Part shown: positions 43,935 through 53,607 of the stretch, in pieces
Layout: every line of letters begins with the position of its first letter
How positions within the stretch are numbered: position 1 is the first letter of the stretch
Source of the DNA: Spirochaetota bacterium
Lineage (GTDB): Bacteria; Spirochaetota; Spirochaetia; B11-G9
DNA length: 60,168 nt
Direction of reading: 5' to 3'
Assembly (NCBI GenBank): GCA_024280415.1
Contig: JAJRQE010000088.1
Coordinates: 1 to 60,168, forward strand
Translations under genes and position numbers: made by a program
The notes under the pieces: generated by a model
Told to the model about the DNA's origin: nothing
The model's database searches: none
Seen by the model: only the letters and a program-made list of their open reading frames with translations

Positions 43935-45062
43935 CTATCTCTTCTCTACCAGATATAGATATTCCTTAATATGAATACTCCTGTTTCCAAGATTCCTGCT
44001 TCCCCGAAATGTATTGTACCTTGTCTCCAGAACTTCAACCTTTCCAACAGCAGATAGAAGCTCTTTCATCCTGTCCAGGCTGATATAACCCTCGGAATTA
44101 AAGGATATAAGAAGATATTTTGAGTTAAGGGTTTTAACAAGCCTTTCAAAACTGTCATAAGCCTCTTTCTTTTTATTATATCTGGATCTGTTCCAGTCAA
44201 CAGGAATGCCGGAAACCTGACTTATTTTCTCTGGTTTTTTATAGTTAACAAGGAGGTTCAGCATAAAATAGTTGGAACCATAGGGATGCTGATTATAAGG
44301 GGGATCCAGGTAGGCAACATCAAGTCCCGAACATTTCGAAGCTACCAGGGTGGCATCTCCCTGGAGGATCTTTGTTTCACATTCGTAATTGCTTAATACA
44401 GGTAATTGCAGCTCAATATTACCAAGGATACGTAAAAGTGCATCACCGTTATTTCCTCCATACTGTCCGATTCCTGTTTTTCTGTTCTTGTAAAACCCCT
44501 TAAATACACCGGAAGTATTTGCATGAATGGATGCCTCTGACAGCAGGGGAGCCAGTAAGAGGTTTCTCAGAGAAGGGGGAACTGATTCCAGATAAAATCT
44601 TGCACTGTCAAGATATTCCCCATTCCTGACAGTATAAAAAACTCTCTCATCGAACTTGATATCCACATCGTTGCCTGGCGAGTACAGGTTTTTTATAAAA
44701 CCATCAGTAACAGGATTTTTAATAATCTTTGTCTTAATATCCTCCAGAGTATCTTTCAGGAGGGTATAGTCAAGCTCTGATCTGTTTGTAAGATAACAAC
44801 TGCTTATAACCCGTGAATAATCTTCCAGATCATTGACAAAAAGTTTATCGGAATACTGTTTGAGATACCTTGAAACTATTCCTGAACCGGAAAAAACATC
44901 AAAAGATCTCAGTTTCTTTCTACCAAGTTTTTTCCGTACTTTTTCCAGACCCAGCCCGATAAAAGACAGGAGGTTTCTTTTATTACCAAGATAGGTTATT
45001 AACTGTTTTGATAAATAATCGGGATTCTCACTAAAGATAAACTCCCTGCCGCTTAAACGCAT
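43935..45062 (-). CDS. DNA methyltransferase, DPPY motif (probable N6-adenine, alpha-type motif order), solitary
   Basis: Motif order: YLGNKRNLL (motif X-like), then FDVFSGSGIVS (motif I, FxGxG), then about 190 aa, then AYLDPPYNQHPY (motif IV). No nuclease gene is adjacent. Confidence 0.8.
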   Translation of the reverse strand: MRLSGREFIFSENPDYLSKQLITYLGNKRNLLSFIGLGLEKVRKKLGRKKLRSFDVFSGSGIVSRYLKQYSDKLFVNDLEDYSRVISSCYLTNRSELDYTLLKDTLEDIKTKIIKNPVTDGFIKNLYSPGNDVDIKFDERVFYTVRNGEYLDSARFYLESVPPSLRNLLLAPLLSEASIHANTSGVFKGFYKNRKTGIGQYGGNNGDALLRILGNIELQLPVLSNYECETKILQGDATLVASKCSGLDVAYLDPPYNQHPYGSNYFMLNLLVNYKKPEKISQVSGIPVDWNRSRYNKKKEAYDSFERLVKTLNSKYLLISFNSEGYISLDRMKELLSAVGKVEVLETRYNTFRGSRNLGNRSIHIKEYLYLVEKR

Positions 45063-45165
45063 ACTTTGGAGTTTATCCCTTATTGTACCGCAGTTTCAAG
45101 AAAAATATTTATTGATTTTACCTTCTCTATTGCTCAAATAGAGTTCTATTGATAACATCCCAGTC

Positions 45166-46665
45166 ATGAACAGAGATTTAACAAATCTGCTCTCAAAAGT
45201 AGATGTCCTGGAGATAAGGGGATCAATACCCCTGGCAGCTTCCGGACTTGCCTACGACTCCAGAGAGGTCAGGCCTGGATATATTTTCTTTGCACTCAAC
45301 GGGATCCATGCCAATGGACATGAATATATAGGTAAAGCAGTAAAAAACGGTGCTGTAATAATTTTTCATTCTGATGATCCTAAAAAGTTCCTTCCGGGTA
45401 TTTGCTATGTTAAAGTCAAAGATACACGGGTTATTATGTCACCTGTATCTGCAGCTTTTTATGATTACCCTTCCGGAAAATTAAAGATTATGGGAGTGAC
45501 CGGAACCAATGGGAAAAGTACAACAGTTTCTATGATCTACCAGTTACTTTGCATGGCAGGTTTTAAAACCGGATTCATCTCTACTGTTCAATTTGACAAT
45601 GGCACAGGTCCTGTAAAAAATCATTACCGGCAGTCCACACCCGAGGCAACAGAGACCCATAAAATTCTGGATGAAATGGTAAGAAATGGATGCACCCATG
45701 CAGTTATTGAAGCAACATCCCACGGTCTGTCAAAGATTAATAACAGGCTGGGTGATGTCAGTTTTGACGGGGGAGTCTATACAAATATTACCCATGAACA
45801 TCTGGAGTTTCATAAAACTCTGGATCGTTATATTGATGACAAAGCAAATCTGTTCCGGTCCCTGAACGTTCAAACAGGATTTGGAATTGTCAACAGAGAT
45901 GATCCCTACTGGAAACGCTTTTCAAAAGCATCGGATTCAGAAATTTCCTCATACAGTATCAGGGATAATAAAAGTGATATGCAGGCAGTAGATATAAAAG
46001 GTTCAGGTAAAACAGCTTCTTTTAAAGTAAAATACAGAGGCAGTAAATATTCTGTCAAGCTTAATCTTCCAAGAATTTTCAATGTTGAAAATGCTACTGC
46101 AGCTCTTATTTCTGCAGTAAAACTGACGAATCTGGATATTGAAAGATTTCTACCCTTTATGGAAAAACTTACTCCTGCCGAAGGAAGAATGATATCAGTA
46201 GATCTTGGACAGAATTTTGAAGTACTTGTTGATTATGCACATTCTCCCGGATCCTTTGAAATTCTCTTTCCTTCACTTCGCAAGATGACTACTGGAAGAC
46301 TCATAGCGCTGTTCGGATCTGCAGGAGAGAGGGATGTTGCAAAACGATCTGTTCAGGGAGCAATTGCAGACAGATATTCTGATATTATTATCCTTGCAGA
46401 TGAAGATCCAAGAGGAGAAGATCCTTTAACTATTATTGAAGATATAGCTTCAGGATGTACGGGAAAAACAAAGGACAGAGATCTTTTCTATATTCCGAAT
46501 CGTATGGAAGCTATTAAATTTGCCTTTAATCTTGCAGAAAAAGATGATCTTGTAGTCCTCCTTGGAAAGGGGCACGAGAGTTCAATAATATATGAAAAAA
46601 ATTCCATCCCCTGGAAGGAAAGGGATTCCGCAGTAAAAGTACTGAATACAATGGGGTATAATTAG
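45166..46665 (+). CDS. murE: UDP-N-acetylmuramoyl-L-alanyl-D-glutamate--diamino-acid ligase
   Basis: VTGTNGKSTT, DYAHSP and ADEDPRGEDP are Mur ligase motifs. The amino-acid specificity cannot be determined by eye. Confidence 0.9.
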   Translation: MNRDLTNLLSKVDVLEIRGSIPLAASGLAYDSREVRPGYIFFALNGIHANGHEYIGKAVKNGAVIIFHSDDPKKFLPGICYVKVKDTRVIMSPVSAAFYDYPSGKLKIMGVTGTNGKSTTVSMIYQLLCMAGFKTGFISTVQFDNGTGPVKNHYRQSTPEATETHKILDEMVRNGCTHAVIEATSHGLSKINNRLGDVSFDGGVYTNITHEHLEFHKTLDRYIDDKANLFRSLNVQTGFGIVNRDDPYWKRFSKASDSEISSYSIRDNKSDMQAVDIKGSGKTASFKVKYRGSKYSVKLNLPRIFNVENATAALISAVKLTNLDIERFLPFMEKLTPAEGRMISVDLGQNFEVLVDYAHSPGSFEILFPSLRKMTTGRLIALFGSAGERDVAKRSVQGAIADRYSDIIILADEDPRGEDPLTIIEDIASGCTGKTKDRDLFYIPNRMEAIKFAFNLAEKDDLVVLLGKGHESSIIYEKNSIPWKERDSAVKVLNTMGYN

Positions 46666-46666
46666 A

Positions 46667-47770
46667 GTGAAAACAATTGTAATACTTTACGGAGGCAGAT
46701 CCGGAGAACACGAAGTCTCCCTTAGATCCGGTGGTTCTATTTTTACACATCTGGACAGATCTTTGTACACCCCCATTCTTATCGGAGTTGATCATGAAGG
46801 GATCTGGTATCTCCAGGAGACCCCGGGATTTGAAACTGATGGGAAATCACTTAAGCTGCTAAAAAACAAGGAATTAATTATTTCGGTAATTCCGGGAAAA
46901 GGATTGTACTGTAATAATAAAAAACTTGAAACAGATCTCATTTTCCCGGTTCTCCATGGAACATTCGGTGAAGACGGAACTCTCCAGGGTCTTTTGGAAA
47001 TAGCAGGGATACCTTATGCAGGTGCCAGGGTTCTGGGAAGTGCCATAGGGATGGATAAAGCCATAGCCAAGCAGATCTGGATAGAGCAGGAGCTTCCAGT
47101 TGTTCCTTTTAAAATATTAGTTGATGATCATTCCATGATTTCGGCTGACAGCCTTAAATCAATAATAGATGATTTCGGATTTCCCCTGTTTATCAAACCT
47201 GCCAATGCAGGTTCATCTCTGGGTGTTTCGAAAATAAATTCCCTCAGAGATCTGGATAGAGGAATAGAAGAGGGGTTCAGGTACGATACTAAATTGATGA
47301 TTGAACCTGCCATAACCGGACGGGAAATCGAGTGTTCAGTAATAGGGAACGATAATCCTGTCAGTTTTATTCCTGGAGAAATTATTTCGGAAGATTTCTA
47401 CGATTATGATTCCAAGTATGTACATCCTGAAAATACGGAACTCTCCATACCGGCTGATCTGACCGAATCGCAAATATTATCAATACAGAAAATAGCTGAA
47501 AAAGCATTCTCAGCTGCAGGAATTGAAGGTTTTGCAAGAGTCGATTTTTTTATTGAAAAAAAAAGCGGGGAAATTATGCTCAATGAAATTAACACACTCC
47601 CCGGATTTACCGAAATAAGTATGTTCGCCAAATTATGCAGTGCAGATGGCCTTTCATATACAGGAATGCTGACAAAAATAATTGGCCTTGCAGAAGAGAG
47701 ATATGCAAAAAGGGAAAAACTTTCTTTTAAAAAAATATCAAAAACTGTAATAGTTAAATTGACAAATTAA
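46667..47770 (+). CDS. ddl: D-alanine--D-alanine ligase
   Basis: GTG start. YGGRSGEHEVSL, HGTFGEDGTLQG and an ATP-grasp region ending in EINTLPGFT. Confidence 0.95.
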   Translation: MKTIVILYGGRSGEHEVSLRSGGSIFTHLDRSLYTPILIGVDHEGIWYLQETPGFETDGKSLKLLKNKELIISVIPGKGLYCNNKKLETDLIFPVLHGTFGEDGTLQGLLEIAGIPYAGARVLGSAIGMDKAIAKQIWIEQELPVVPFKILVDDHSMISADSLKSIIDDFGFPLFIKPANAGSSLGVSKINSLRDLDRGIEEGFRYDTKLMIEPAITGREIECSVIGNDNPVSFIPGEIISEDFYDYDSKYVHPENTELSIPADLTESQILSIQKIAEKAFSAAGIEGFARVDFFIEKKSGEIMLNEINTLPGFTEISMFAKLCSADGLSYTGMLTKIIGLAEERYAKREKLSFKKISKTVIVKLTN

Positions 47771-47819
47771 TTGAATCTGATACAATTTAAATAGTGTCTA
47801 AAATTATCACAATAAAGCC

Positions 47820-47848
47820 AATCTCAAAAGTCATTGTTTTTTGAGATT
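47820..47848. promoter_or_regulatory. perfect 10-bp inverted repeat AATCTCAAAA-N9-TTTTGAGATT between ddl and the CopD-like gene
   Basis: Seen directly. It could be an operator or an RNA hairpin. No U tract follows it. Confidence 0.3.
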
Positions 47849-47880
47849 AGGAGAGCAGGTTAGTTTTCCAGGAGGAGCCT

Positions 47881-48360
47881 ATGCAGCCAAATGTACTAAT
47901 TTATACCATTATGACATTTTTACACAACCTTTTTACAGCATTCTGGATTGGCGGAATGCTTACTCTGGGTCTGTCAGTTTTTCCATCAATCAGAAAGTCC
48001 CTGGGAAAAGGACCTCAGATGGTAAAACTAATAGATACAATTCAAAAGAGACTTAGCGCACTGGTTTATGTGAGCATACTTGGACTTTTTATAACAGGTG
48101 CTGTTAAAGCAAAAATGGTTCCGGATTTTTTGGGTCTGCTCCATTTCGGAAATAAGTACTCTCTGATTCTTGGTATAAAACATATTCTATATGGAATTAT
48201 GATTATTATTTCAGTTTTACGCAGCAGAATTGGTTGGAAAAAAGAAAACAGCCCAAATCCTAAAACTCTTAAGATCAAAGCCCTTATGCTGATTATCAAT
48301 ATGATCCTGGGAGTTGCTGTTCTTTTTCTAAGTGCATTAAATGCAGCAGTAGTCTTGTAA
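47881..48360 (+). CDS. small 4-TM membrane protein, CopD-like
   Basis: SD GGAGGAG. TM1 carries HNLFTAFWIGGM (an H-x8-W-x-GG pattern as in CopD-type proteins). The call is tentative. Confidence 0.5.
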   Translation: MQPNVLIYTIMTFLHNLFTAFWIGGMLTLGLSVFPSIRKSLGKGPQMVKLIDTIQKRLSALVYVSILGLFITGAVKAKMVPDFLGLLHFGNKYSLILGIKHILYGIMIIISVLRSRIGWKKENSPNPKTLKIKALMLIINMILGVAVLFLSALNAAVVL

Positions 48361-48361
48361 T

Positions 48362-48871
48362 CTACCAGTGGTTATAGGAGATAACTCTTGATTTCAGCTT
48401 ACGGCTTGTAAGAAGAGGAGTTTCATCAGGATGTCCCAAAAGAAGCAGCATTACAACCCGCATTGAATACGGAACAGTCAGGATCTCTTTTATCTCTGCT
48501 TCGTTGTAGGTTGTTACAACACATGTGCCCAGTTGTTCCGCTCTTGCCTGAATCATCATAAAAGATACCGCCAACGAGATATCTATGGGATACGAATCCT
48601 GTCCATTAGGCATTTTGTATTCTGTGTTTGTAGTACAGGCGGCTATGATTACAGGAGCTGCTCCCACATGATCCTGGCCAAAAGATGCAGTTTGGATTTT
48701 TTCTCTTACTGAGGGTTTAACACATGCGATAAAACGCCATGGCTGTCTGTTCTTTGCTGAGGGTGCCCTGATCCCGGCTTCAAGTATTCTGTCCAGAACT
48801 TCAGGATCAACTCCCCGATCCGTATATTTTTTTATTGTAACCCAGTTCTTAATCTCATCAATAATCTGCAT
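48362..48871 (-). CDS. nitroreductase-family protein
   Basis: RAPSAKNRQPWRF and the overall 169-aa nitroreductase pattern. Confidence 0.85.
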   Translation of the reverse strand: MQIIDEIKNWVTIKKYTDRGVDPEVLDRILEAGIRAPSAKNRQPWRFIACVKPSVREKIQTASFGQDHVGAAPVIIAACTTNTEYKMPNGQDSYPIDISLAVSFMMIQARAEQLGTCVVTTYNEAEIKEILTVPYSMRVVMLLLLGHPDETPLLTSRKLKSRVISYNHW

Positions 48872-48923
48872 ACTACCTCTTTACCTTGACGATATCTATC
48901 CATTTCCCTTATTCTTCCAAGAG

Positions 48924-51134
48924 ATGAAAAATATTTTCCTGGCGGTTATCTTTCTTGTTCAGATTTATTCAGCACCTCTTTTTGCAGATAATTTATCTGA
49001 TTCCTCATACTATCATATTCTTAGAGATCTTAACACCTTTTCCTCTTTTTTTCCTCGTACAGAAAATTCACCAGGCGAAAAAGCTGCACTGCTTTTTATA
49101 GAAACAAGACTCAGGGAAAAAGGAATTGAATATAAAAAATATAATCTTTCAGAATCTGAAACTGTAAATTCCTGGTCGGCTACGATTGATGTACGTTTCC
49201 CTGGAAAGTCAGGAAATGAGATTTTTTTAATTTTTCCGCTGAATCATCCGGAGAATGCCCTTCCGGGACGAGACGGATCGGCAAATCTTGCATCGGCACT
49301 GTTTCTAGCCGAAACCCTTCAAAACAGTGAAATACCCCAGACTGTTCATATTATTTTCATGGGAGCAGAATACGGCAGGGACAGTCTCTATCCCCTGGGA
49401 ACCAGGGACTATTTATCAAACTATTTCCCTGAGCTAAATTCAGCTTTCTTCTATTTTAATTTTCAGGGTATCCCTGATAAGATTAAAGTCGACTACTCGG
49501 GAACCGGAGCAATAGCTCCTCTGTGGCTGCTGCAAAAAAGCATAACTGCAATAAATTCTGCAGATATTACCTATTCAGTGGATCGGGGTATTAATCTTAT
49601 AAACAAACTGACATTAAATGATTCCCCCTATCCTACTGACAGCTATCTGAACAATGATTACCCTGCTATTTTATTTGAAGGGATCTATTCGGGGTACTAT
49701 AATACTGACCTGAAGAGGGTAAGCTCGCTGCAGACATTTATGACAGAGCTTGTTTACAGGGGAGGAGGACTTATTCCCTCCAGTATTAACTGGGACAGTC
49801 ACTATCTTTTTCTTAAGATAGGAAAAACAGAATTCTTTATCAGTGAGACCAATTATGTTATTTTTCTCCTTATCCTGATCTCGCTTATTATTATTTATCC
49901 CTTTGTTGCAGGAAAAAGATTTAAAAAATACACTAAAACTACAATTCATCATTTCTGGAATATACCTGTTATATTTGCTGTGATGTTTTTCCAACTCTGG
50001 ATCAGCACAATAATTTTAAATACTATTCTAAAAATACAGGCATTTTCATCTCTCTGGAGTATTGTTCCTTTTCACTTTCTGGCTCTTAAACTTTCAATTG
50101 CAATTCTAATATTTCTTCTTACTCTCCGTTTGTTTAAGGGAATTCATTTTTCAAGAAGAGGTACATTCTACTCTGCAGCTGCTATGATTTTTATTATTGT
50201 TGATCTTTTTATACTGATCTCTGTCGATATTGCATTTTCCTACTATATTCTGCCTGTTTTTATCTTTGTTTTCGGATTTACCATATTTAGAAATAAATGG
50301 ATAAAACTTCTGTTCTTTTTTCTTTCGACACTTGTTCTGGCAGGAGGAACAATAAACATTTTTCTTCTTAATTCTGAAAGGGTTATAAACCTTATCCTTC
50401 TTTCGCCTGTAAAGGGTAATCTGATGATAACTGCCAACCTCGTCCCATTAACACTCATGATATTCCGCCTTCAGTTTTTATTTCATCAACATAACAAAAA
50501 GAGAACAAAATTAATGATTGCAGGTTCAGATATTATACTTGCTCTGACCAGTATAACTCTATTTATCTATCTGGTATCTTTCAATCCATATGCCAAGGGA
50601 AGGCTCGAGCCTATAGAGATTATTGAAGAAACAAATATCAACACTAAAGAGAGGAAAGTCTCTTTTATTACTCCTTCTGTCATCGGAGAACTAAAGTACT
50701 ATGCACAATCAACAGAAACTGAACTTTATATACCTGATTCAAAGTACACTGTTTCTCTGGAATCAACAGAAAACTTCCCTATTGTATCACTAAAGAGATC
50801 AAGTTTTCTAAACAGATCAAAATATAGCGTTTTTATAAACACAAAGGAAAAAGCAGCTCATATATCTGCAATTATTTCAGGGAAAGAGGAACTCCTGCTC
50901 TTTGATTCTAATTTCCAAACCAGTTCTCCGGATTTACGAAGTGTTGAATTTCTGATCGGGACTAATCCGGGGCTGCCTATGACACTCTCTTTTACCCTCC
51001 CCATGGATTATAGAGGTGAGCTGACCGTAAAACTAACATTCACAAAACATCCCTCTATGATCAGGATAGAATCCCAGAATTTTGCCCCCACTCACTCTAT
51101 TATTTTTGAAAAAAAAATAAGTATAGGCAACTAA
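48924..51134 (+). CDS. large membrane protein: N-terminal M28-peptidase-like extracytoplasmic domain, about 9 TM segments, C-terminal beta-rich domain
   Basis: Signal peptide VIFLVQIYSAPLFA. An M28-like stretch (HIIFMGAEYG...LGTRDY) is present, but I cannot confirm the metal ligands. A long hydrophobic core spans residues about 290-560. Confidence 0.6.
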   Translation: MKNIFLAVIFLVQIYSAPLFADNLSDSSYYHILRDLNTFSSFFPRTENSPGEKAALLFIETRLREKGIEYKKYNLSESETVNSWSATIDVRFPGKSGNEIFLIFPLNHPENALPGRDGSANLASALFLAETLQNSEIPQTVHIIFMGAEYGRDSLYPLGTRDYLSNYFPELNSAFFYFNFQGIPDKIKVDYSGTGAIAPLWLLQKSITAINSADITYSVDRGINLINKLTLNDSPYPTDSYLNNDYPAILFEGIYSGYYNTDLKRVSSLQTFMTELVYRGGGLIPSSINWDSHYLFLKIGKTEFFISETNYVIFLLILISLIIIYPFVAGKRFKKYTKTTIHHFWNIPVIFAVMFFQLWISTIILNTILKIQAFSSLWSIVPFHFLALKLSIAILIFLLTLRLFKGIHFSRRGTFYSAAAMIFIIVDLFILISVDIAFSYYILPVFIFVFGFTIFRNKWIKLLFFFLSTLVLAGGTINIFLLNSERVINLILLSPVKGNLMITANLVPLTLMIFRLQFLFHQHNKKRTKLMIAGSDIILALTSITLFIYLVSFNPYAKGRLEPIEIIEETNINTKERKVSFITPSVIGELKYYAQSTETELYIPDSKYTVSLESTENFPIVSLKRSSFLNRSKYSVFINTKEKAAHISAIISGKEELLLFDSNFQTSSPDLRSVEFLIGTNPGLPMTLSFTLPMDYRGELTVKLTFTKHPSMIRIESQNFAPTHSIIFEKKISIGN

Positions 51135-51214
51135 AGTTTTTTCTACAGGTTCCTGGTGCAAAATAGCCTTCAACTCAGATTGACAGTTTAAAACTCATCA
51201 TTTAGGATGAACAG

Positions 51215-53362
51215 ATGAAAAAGAACTATTTAATTCTCATTTCGGTAATAATATTCACCCTGTTAGTCTCCGTCTCCTCTTATGCAAAGGTTGTAAGCAC
51301 AACTCTGGGTCGTGAATTTACAAAAATATTCCCCCCTCTATCAGAAAATTATATTGACCTGAACGGAAACGGGGAGATGGACAGACTTGAAGATATGGAT
51401 GAAAAAATTCCGGATTCCAGGGTTAAAGATGATATAATTCAGGTTCAGGAAATTCTGGATTTTATTCAGGTAAATTTTCGATTTATTGATATGGATAAAT
51501 TAAAATCGGTAAGAGATGCCCTCCGGAATGCTTCGGGAGAGATTCCGGAACTTATATCACTTAACTATTCCAGCCTCATTGACAGTATAATCTCCGAAAA
51601 AGAGCGTCTGGGTGCCAACGATCTCTATCTAACTCCCTCTGCAATGAAAGCTGCAAAGGAAAAGATGACAGGGTTTATAGCAACAATGCTGAATGCATAC
51701 AGAAAAGAGGAACAGCAGTACGAGAAAGCATTCTCAGATGCAAACAAAGAGCTATTCCGTATGATAGAAGCGGGTTACCCTCTTCCTGATCTGAACAGCG
51801 ACGATAAAGAACTGCTGGTAAACCTGACAATTAATACAATCATTAAGGAAAAAAATTCGAACACAAAAAAGGCTCTTACTGCTATAAGAACCCTGGGACG
51901 GCTGCAGGCAAAGTCGGCAATTCCATATTTAGAGGAGCTTCTTTCCTCCCCTGGCTACAGTATCGAAACAGCCATAGCTTTGGGAAATATCGGGGGGAAT
52001 GAATCAAGACAGATACTTGTAGATAAACTTGAAGGGGAAGAACCCGGAAACTTAAAGAACACACTTATAATGGCTCTCGGAAAAACCGGAGGTGATGACA
52101 GTGTTAAGCTTATACTATCCCTTCTTAAAGGAGAGGAGAACGAGCCGGAAACCGAGAAAACAATCGTCTCCGCTCTCTCCAGTCTGAGTATAAAGGGGGT
52201 CAGAGATAAAAAGATATACACTATTCTTACTGAATATCTAAAAAATGATGACCCTGAAATAAGGATTCTTGCAATTAGCGGAATTGCGGCATACAAAAGT
52301 GCTGCTGCCTCAGCTCTGCTGCTCCCTATTTTGAAAACGGAAAAATCTGAAGAAGTTCAGGTTGCTCTGGTTAAATCACTTAGTTCAGACAATAATCCCG
52401 GAACTGTTCCGGCATTTTCAAACCTTCTACTTGGTGCAGAAACATCAGATGAATTGAAAGTTGAATTAATAAAGGGAATAGGTAAAAATGAAAACGGGAT
52501 TAAAGCTGTTGCTGCGGTTGTTACCTATCTGGGAAGTAAAAATTACGAGGTCAGAAATTCAGCATCAGAATCACTGAAAAATCTTTACAGACAGAATGGC
52601 CCTGTGGTAATAGGAGGAATAAGCAGGAAGATAAATTTAAGTACTGATAAACTCTTTTTAACAGAAGCATCCTCCCTGCTCGCAAGGCTTGCAGATCCTG
52701 TCTCCATAGTAACAGTACTCAATCTGCTGGGTTCGCCCTTTCCCGAAGTAAAGAAAAATGCTACATGGACTCTCTACAGGATGTCACCTCCGGATAATGT
52801 AAAAGTTGTTGCTGAGCTGCAGAAACTTGTTACCAGTGAAACCGAACCTGTAGAGGTAAGAATAAATGCTGTCAGAGCTATCGGTTCTATAGGATACGAC
52901 ACAGACAGGATGGAAGTATGGAAAACCCTCCTGACTACTCTTAAACTGAAAGATCAAAAGTACAGAATGCTTAAATTTTATGGAATCGAGGCTCTGGGCA
53001 GTATGGGTAGAGTTAACCCTGAAATTACCGGCAGTCTGACAACCGTTATTGCAAGGGAGAGTGATGAATCGTTAAAACTTGCCGCAGTAAATTCCCTGAG
53101 GAATCTTTCTCCTTCTGATCCGAATATTGCAAAAATACTTACAGTTAGTTTCAGAAGAAGCAATGATGATCTGTACAGAATATCCGTTCTTGAGGCTCTG
53201 GGTGATATGGGATCAGAAGTGGTTTCAGACCTGGCTCCCCTTCTCCTCAGTAAAGAATCTTCTCCTTCTATTAAGAACAGAGTAATCTATGTTCTGTCAC
53301 ATATTGGAGATGAAAAATCACTTTCGGCTCTTCTTGACGTTGTAGATGATACTGAGATTTAA
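51215..53362 (+). CDS. secreted HEAT-repeat (PBS-lyase HEAT-like) protein
   Basis: Signal peptide LILISVIIFTLLVSVSSYA. There are many repeats of the type AIxALGxIG...AIPxLxxLL. Confidence 0.8.
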   Translation: MKKNYLILISVIIFTLLVSVSSYAKVVSTTLGREFTKIFPPLSENYIDLNGNGEMDRLEDMDEKIPDSRVKDDIIQVQEILDFIQVNFRFIDMDKLKSVRDALRNASGEIPELISLNYSSLIDSIISEKERLGANDLYLTPSAMKAAKEKMTGFIATMLNAYRKEEQQYEKAFSDANKELFRMIEAGYPLPDLNSDDKELLVNLTINTIIKEKNSNTKKALTAIRTLGRLQAKSAIPYLEELLSSPGYSIETAIALGNIGGNESRQILVDKLEGEEPGNLKNTLIMALGKTGGDDSVKLILSLLKGEENEPETEKTIVSALSSLSIKGVRDKKIYTILTEYLKNDDPEIRILAISGIAAYKSAAASALLLPILKTEKSEEVQVALVKSLSSDNNPGTVPAFSNLLLGAETSDELKVELIKGIGKNENGIKAVAAVVTYLGSKNYEVRNSASESLKNLYRQNGPVVIGGISRKINLSTDKLFLTEASSLLARLADPVSIVTVLNLLGSPFPEVKKNATWTLYRMSPPDNVKVVAELQKLVTSETEPVEVRINAVRAIGSIGYDTDRMEVWKTLLTTLKLKDQKYRMLKFYGIEALGSMGRVNPEITGSLTTVIARESDESLKLAAVNSLRNLSPSDPNIAKILTVSFRRSNDDLYRISVLEALGDMGSEVVSDLAPLLLSKESSPSIKNRVIYVLSHIGDEKSLSALLDVVDDTEI

Positions 53363-53510
53363 GACTTTCTAATTGGAACTCTCGAAGAAGCAGACAGAGA
53401 AACTTTAACAGCACTTGTTCAGCGCCGTCTCAAAACAGAGACTGATTCGAACAAAATGAGTGTATTCGAAGATTTGATCAGTCGTTTTGAAACCTATTGA
53501 GATCCAGCAG

Positions 53511-53529
53511 CCACCTCGGTTTGAGGTGG
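53511..53529 (+). terminator. hairpin CCACCTC-GGTTT-GAGGTGG downstream of the HEAT-repeat gene extension
   Basis: A 7-bp GC-rich stem sits 10 nt after the TGA at 53498-53500, followed by GTTGTAT (a weak U tract). Confidence 0.4.
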
Positions 53530-53607
53530 GTTGTATGAAATAACCCATAGTTGACTCAAAATGCTGGTAAGGGTTTCGGGACAGGGGAAAAATCAATTAT
53601 TAATGTA

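Noticed and set aside
47841-48056. 71-aa plus-strand ORF overlapping the CopD-like gene start
   Set aside because: This alternative frame has a TTG start inside the inverted repeat. The 159-aa frame starting at 47881 has a strong SD (GGAGGAG) and coherent TM segments.
53405-53596. 63-aa minus-strand ORF between the HEAT-repeat gene and dinB
   Set aside because: It overlaps the dinB 5' region and the plus-strand 45-codon extension. It has no SD and its composition is not protein-like.
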